Positions 35,575-39,473 of a stretch of 39,473 nt of DNA are shown one piece after another. This stretch comes from Thermoanaerobaculia bacterium. Lineage in GTDB: Bacteria; Acidobacteriota; Thermoanaerobaculia; UBA5066. Position numbers and translations under genes: made by a program. Position 1 is the stretch's first letter, and every line of letters starts with the position of its first letter. The DNA lies in NCBI GenBank assembly GCA_039919545.1, contig JBDSFL010000342.1, forward strand, positions 1-39,473, given 5' to 3'. The notes under the pieces were generated by a model. It did no database searches. It saw only the letters and a list, made by a program, of their open reading frames with translations, and was not told the DNA's origin.

Positions 35575-38191
35575 AGACGCAGGCGACGGGCCGATCGCCC
35601 GGAGGATCCCGCGCGACGCGGGCGGGCGATTCTCCTCGCGACTCCTCCTGTCCTCCTTCGCCGCGGCCATCGGAGCCGTCGTTCTCTTCGCGGCTCCGCG
35701 CGCTCCCGTGGCCCTGCTCGCCGCCTGCGGTGCGGTGCTCGGCGTTCTGGGCAGCGTGGCGATCCCCGCGCTCGCTGCGGCGCATCTCATCACTCTGTCG
35801 TCTTTCCTGTCGGGGGTGGCCTTTCCCGTGGGGGGATTGCACATTCGCCCCGAGCAGGTGGTGGCACCGGTAATCCTTGCCGGCTGCCTGCTACGGCGCT
35901 CGCGGGGATTCCTGCCGCGCGAGGGGCTGCTCGTCGCGCTCTGGATCCTGGCGGGACTCTGCGGCTCCGTGGGCGAGCCCTCGCCCGAGCGCGCGCTGCT
36001 GCACACGGTGCGGCTCTCGGCCACGGTGCTCCCCTTCTTTCTGCTCCCGCTTCTCTTGCCGCGCGAGGAGGCGGCAGACCGCGGCTGGAACGGCTTTCTC
36101 GTCCTGGCCTCTCTCGAGGCCTGTTGCGGGCTCCTGGCGTGGGTGACGCATCACGTGCTCGGGACGACCTGGGGCATCACCTCGGCCTGGGGTCTCGGCT
36201 ACGTCCACCCGCACGGCACCCTGCTGGAGCCGAATCTTCTCGGCGCGCTCTCGGCCGCCTCGGCGATACCGCTAGTCGTGCGCAGCCTCGGCGTGCGGCG
36301 ATCCGTGCTCCATCGGCTCGCGGCGGCCGGCGGCGCGCTCCTGCTCGGGGCGGCCACCGCCGTGAGCCTCACGCGCGCCGCCTGGATCGCGCTGCCCGGG
36401 GTGCTGGCGCTGGTGCTGGCGCTCCGCTGGCTCACCGGCGCAGCCTCACTGCGCCAGCTGCGGCGCCGCGCGCTCGTTCTCGCCGGCGCGCTCGCGGCGG
36501 GGCTCCTCGGCCTGCTCCTGCTCGTCCTGTTCATCCCCGAGCGGCAGGCGCTCGAGGGGAGGACCGGTGTGATGGGAAAGATCGCGTCGCTACGTTCCCT
36601 CGCTCAGGACCCGAATGTGCGGGTGCGCGTGCGGAGCTACGAAGAGGCCCTGAGAACTTGGCGCTCCTCGCCTCTCTTCGGTGCGGGACACGGCGCGATG
36701 GAACGCCTCGCAGGGGGCGAGGACAAGGAGCTCGCCTGGGCCGGAAACCTGGAGGTGCATCTCCTCGTGGACACCGGGCTCGTGGGCCTGAGTCTCTTCG
36801 CCGCCATGCTGCTCCGGATCCTCTGGCTCACCGTGCGCGGAATTCTCCGCGGCCGCCATCAGGCCGCACGCGATCGGGGGCTCGAACGGCTCGGCGCGCT
36901 CCTCGTGCTCTTGCTCTGCGCGCAGGCGACCGAGACGAGCTGGCTCGCCTCGCTCTGGGTGGTCCTGGGATTGTCCCTCGCCGGCGGGCTCTCCCGAGGG
37001 GACGCGGCCGACGACGCGACAGACGAACCCGCGACGGACTCAGACTCCTCGCGCCCGCCGCTGCGGATCCTGTATGTCCACCCGTCCGATGAGCTCTACG
37101 GCTCCGACCGCGTGCTGCTGGATCTCATCGAGCGCCTGGATCGCCGCCGCTTCGTCCCCCTCGTCCTCCTGTCGAGCGATGTGCCCTACGCGGGGCGGCT
37201 CTCGAGACGACTGGCCGAGCAAGGCGTGGCCGTGCGGCGGATGCGCATCGGCGTGCTGCGTCGCCGCGTGCTGACGAGCCCCCTGCTCGCCGCGCGCTAC
37301 ACGCTGGACGTGGCCGTTTCTACCACGCGCATCACCGCGCTCCTCCTGCGGGAGCGGATCGACCTCGTGCACGCCAACACCGTCACCGTGTTTCCGGCCG
37401 CGGTGGCCGCCCGACTGGCCCGGCGCAGGCTCGTCTGGCACCTGCACGAGATCGTCACGGCGCGTCCGGGGCGCGGGCTGCTGCACGCGCTCGTCCGCCT
37501 GCTCGCCCACCGCATCGTCGTCGTGTCGGAAGCGGCGCGGCAATCGCTCGGGAAGGCAGGGGCGGACGCACGCGTGGTGTTCAACGGGGTGGCGGTCCGT
37601 CCGCTCGCGGCGGCACCCGACGAGCCGCCGGTGGTGGCCTACATCGGCAGGCTCTCACTGCGAAAGGGTCCGCACGTCCTCCTCCACGCGGCGGCCCGCG
37701 TCCTGCGGGACCACCCGGACGTTCGCTTTCTCTTCGCCGGAGATGAATTCGGCGGGGGCGCGACGCTGCGCCGCGAGCTCGAAGCGGAAGCCGAACGGCT
37801 GGAAATTGCCGGGGCGCTCGGGTTTCGCCCGTTCACCGAGGATGTCTCGCCCCTGCTCGCCCAAGCTTCCATCGTGGTGAGTCCGTCGATCCTGCCCGAA
37901 TCCTTCGGGCTGATTCTCCTCGAGGCGATGGCGTTCGGCCGCCCCGTCGTGGCGAGCGCGCACGGCGGACCGTCGGAGCTGATCGTCGACGGGGAGACGG
38001 GGCTCCTCGTTCCCGCCCGCGACGAGGAGGCGCTCGCGACCGCCCTCGACCGCCTCCTGCGGGACAGGTCCCTGCGCCAGAGGCTCGGCAGCGCCGGACG
38101 CACCCGCGCTCAGCTCCGCTTTCCCTTGCAGGAGACCGTGCGCCGCTTCGAGGCGCTCTACGACGAGCTGGACGACCGACCGCGACGCTGA
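35558..38191 (+). CDS. Fusion protein: O-antigen polymerase/ligase-like (Wzy_C) membrane domain + C-terminal GT4 glycosyltransferase
   Basis: A single uninterrupted 877-aa ORF. The N-terminal 480 aa or so are multi-pass membrane, with a Wzy_C-like segment (LLLGAATAVSLTRAAWIALPGVLALVLAL). An acidic linker (GDAADDATDEPATDSDSS) follows. A GT4 domain starts at about nt 37061 (LRILYVHPSDELYGSDRV...; ESFGLILLEAMAFGRPVVASAHGGPSELIVDGETGLLV). The ATG overlaps the MurJ-like stop by 17 nt. Confidence 0.75.
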   Translation: MDSVPRDAGDGPIARRIPRDAGGRFSSRLLLSSFAAAIGAVVLFAAPRAPVALLAACGAVLGVLGSVAIPALAAAHLITLSSFLSGVAFPVGGLHIRPEQVVAPVILAGCLLRRSRGFLPREGLLVALWILAGLCGSVGEPSPERALLHTVRLSATVLPFFLLPLLLPREEAADRGWNGFLVLASLEACCGLLAWVTHHVLGTTWGITSAWGLGYVHPHGTLLEPNLLGALSAASAIPLVVRSLGVRRSVLHRLAAAGGALLLGAATAVSLTRAAWIALPGVLALVLALRWLTGAASLRQLRRRALVLAGALAAGLLGLLLLVLFIPERQALEGRTGVMGKIASLRSLAQDPNVRVRVRSYEEALRTWRSSPLFGAGHGAMERLAGGEDKELAWAGNLEVHLLVDTGLVGLSLFAAMLLRILWLTVRGILRGRHQAARDRGLERLGALLVLLLCAQATETSWLASLWVVLGLSLAGGLSRGDAADDATDEPATDSDSSRPPLRILYVHPSDELYGSDRVLLDLIERLDRRRFVPLVLLSSDVPYAGRLSRRLAEQGVAVRRMRIGVLRRRVLTSPLLAARYTLDVAVSTTRITALLLRERIDLVHANTVTVFPAAVAARLARRRLVWHLHEIVTARPGRGLLHALVRLLAHRIVVVSEAARQSLGKAGADARVVFNGVAVRPLAAAPDEPPVVAYIGRLSLRKGPHVLLHAAARVLRDHPDVRFLFAGDEFGGGATLRRELEAEAERLEIAGALGFRPFTEDVSPLLAQASIVVSPSILPESFGLILLEAMAFGRPVVASAHGGPSELIVDGETGLLVPARDEEALATALDRLLRDRSLRQRLGSAGRTRAQLRFPLQETVRRFEALYDELDDRPRR

Positions 38192-38238
38192 CGGCGGATG
38201 CACTTGTCTTGCTCGCCGCGCCTGTTCTACTGTCGCCC

Positions 38239-39473
38239 GTGCCCTCCCAGCGCCCGCGCCTGCTGATTCTCGTCGTGGCGTATTACGCCGAGTCGACCCT
38301 GAAGTGGGTGCTCGACCGAATCCCGCGCAGCGTCTTCGGGGAGTTCGAATGCGAGGTGCTCGTGGTGGACGACGCCTCGGGCGATCGCACCTTCGCGGTG
38401 GGGAACGAATACCGGCGGGAGCACCCCGACGTCCCGCTCGTGGTCCTGCAGAACCGCTACAACCAGGGGTACGGCGGCAACCAGAAGATCGGCTACGCCT
38501 GGGCGGTGAAGCACGGCTTCGATTTCGTGGCGCTCGTCCACGGCGACGGCCAGTACGCGCCCGAGGAGCTGCCGCGCCTGCTCGCGCCGCTCGTGGCCGG
38601 CGACGCGGCGGCGGTGTTCGGCAGCCGCATGATGAGCCGCTGGGACGCCCTTCGTGGCGGCATGCCGCTCTACAAGTTCGTGGGCAACCGGATCCTCACC
38701 GCGTTCGAGAACTTCGTTCTCGGAACCGATCTCTCCGAGTTTCACAGCGGCTACCGCATCTACTCGACCCGCGCCCTCTCGGCCGTGCGCTTCCGCCTGA
38801 ACTCCAACGATTTCCACTTCGACACCGAGATCATCATCCAGCTGCTCAACGCGCGCATGCCCATCCTCGAGCTGCCGATCCCCACGTACTACGGGACGGA
38901 GATCAGCCGCGTGAACGGCACGAAGTACGCCTGGAATGTCGCCGTGGCCACGCTGCGCAACGCGGCCCACCGGAGCGGCCTCCTGTACCAGCGCCGCTTC
39001 GATCCCATCTCTGAGGACAACCGCCACTACGACTCGAAGCTCGGCTATGACAGCAGCCATTCGTGGGCGCTGGCCGCCGTGCCCGACGGGGCGAGCGTGG
39101 TGGACCTCGGCGCCGGGCCCGAGGGTCTGGCGCCTCACCTCAGGAGCAAGGGCTGCCGCGTCGCAGTGGTGGATCAGTTCCCGCCGGTGAAAAGCCATCC
39201 GGACGTGGACGTCTTCGTGCAGGATCTCGAGCAGCCGCTCACGGTGAACCTGGCGCCCTACCGGTACCTCCTCATGCTGGACATCATCGAGCACCTGCGC
39301 GACCCCGAAGGGTTCATCCAGCGAGTCCGCACGCAGTTCACTCACGAGACGACCACGCTCGTCCTGACGACGCCGAACGTGGCCTTCGCGGTGCAGAGGC
39401 TGATGCTGCTCTTCGGGCAGTTCAACTACGGCAAAGCCGGCATCCTCGATCGCACTCACGCGCGCCTCTTCAC
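38239..39473 (+). CDS. GT2 glycosyltransferase fused to a class I SAM-methyltransferase-like domain (3' end off window)
   Basis: Absent from the ORF track because it has no stop in the window. My translation from the GTG at 38239 reads VPSQRPRLLILVVAYYAESTLKWVLDRIP...CEVLVVDDASGDRT...GYGGNQKIGY...VALVHGDGQYAPEEL...FHSGYRIYS. The methyltransferase-like part starts at about nt 39100: ASVVDLGAGPEGLAPHLRSKGCRVAVVDQ...YLLMLDIIEHLRDPEGF. An alternative TTG start lies at 38209. The antisense ORF 38227..39459 is a shadow ORF. Confidence 0.8.
   Translation, partial: MPSQRPRLLILVVAYYAESTLKWVLDRIPRSVFGEFECEVLVVDDASGDRTFAVGNEYRREHPDVPLVVLQNRYNQGYGGNQKIGYAWAVKHGFDFVALVHGDGQYAPEELPRLLAPLVAGDAAAVFGSRMMSRWDALRGGMPLYKFVGNRILTAFENFVLGTDLSEFHSGYRIYSTRALSAVRFRLNSNDFHFDTEIIIQLLNARMPILELPIPTYYGTEISRVNGTKYAWNVAVATLRNAAHRSGLLYQRRFDPISEDNRHYDSKLGYDSSHSWALAAVPDGASVVDLGAGPEGLAPHLRSKGCRVAVVDQFPPVKSHPDVDVFVQDLEQPLTVNLAPYRYLLMLDIIEHLRDPEGFIQRVRTQFTHETTTLVLTTPNVAFAVQRLMLLFGQFNYGKAGILDRTHARLF

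Overview
Very GC-rich (about 70% G+C by eye, not computed), densely coding bacterial chromosomal window. I support about 29 CDS. I recognised no rRNA, tRNA, CRISPR array, transposase or integrase. All family calls come from motifs I read in the translations, because no searches could be run.

Layout:
- 1-6.5 kb, housekeeping and envelope genes: a partial SurA/PpiC-like lipoprotein, mfd, a YaeI-like metallophosphoesterase and a beta-barrel outer-membrane protein.
- 6.5-10.7 kb: one roughly 1400-aa secreted protein built from tandem CarboxypepD_reg-like repeats.
- 10.9-13.3 kb: a two-gene egtB-egtD ergothioneine module, followed by a PagL-like outer-membrane deacylase.
- 13.9-22.9 kb, the most unusual part: eight tightly packed same-strand genes. 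They encode an HprK-related P-loop protein, three B12-binding radical SAM enzymes, one SPASM/twitch radical SAM enzyme and three class I SAM methyltransferases. No recognisable substrate, precursor, RRE or transporter gene is present.
- 22.9-39.5 kb, a glycan-assembly locus: two divergent GT-C-like membrane proteins, GT9, GT4, a tandem-GNAT protein, a PIG-L deacetylase, a Ppm1/ArnC-like GT2, an NTP_transf_5 nucleotidyltransferase, a WxxGHW-repeat lipoprotein, a Wzz-like co-polymerase, a MurJ-family flippase, a Wzy-like::GT4 fusion and a partial GT2::methyltransferase fusion.

Oddities worth checking: an in-frame TGA separating a radical SAM gene from a methyltransferase that has no usable start codon; a possible frameshift at the 5' end of one GT-C gene; a 19-bp direct repeat that duplicates the egtB-stop/egtD-start junction; and a perfect 10-bp inverted repeat in the largest intergenic gap of the radical SAM cluster. 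The many long antisense ORFs in the track are treated as high-GC shadow ORFs.
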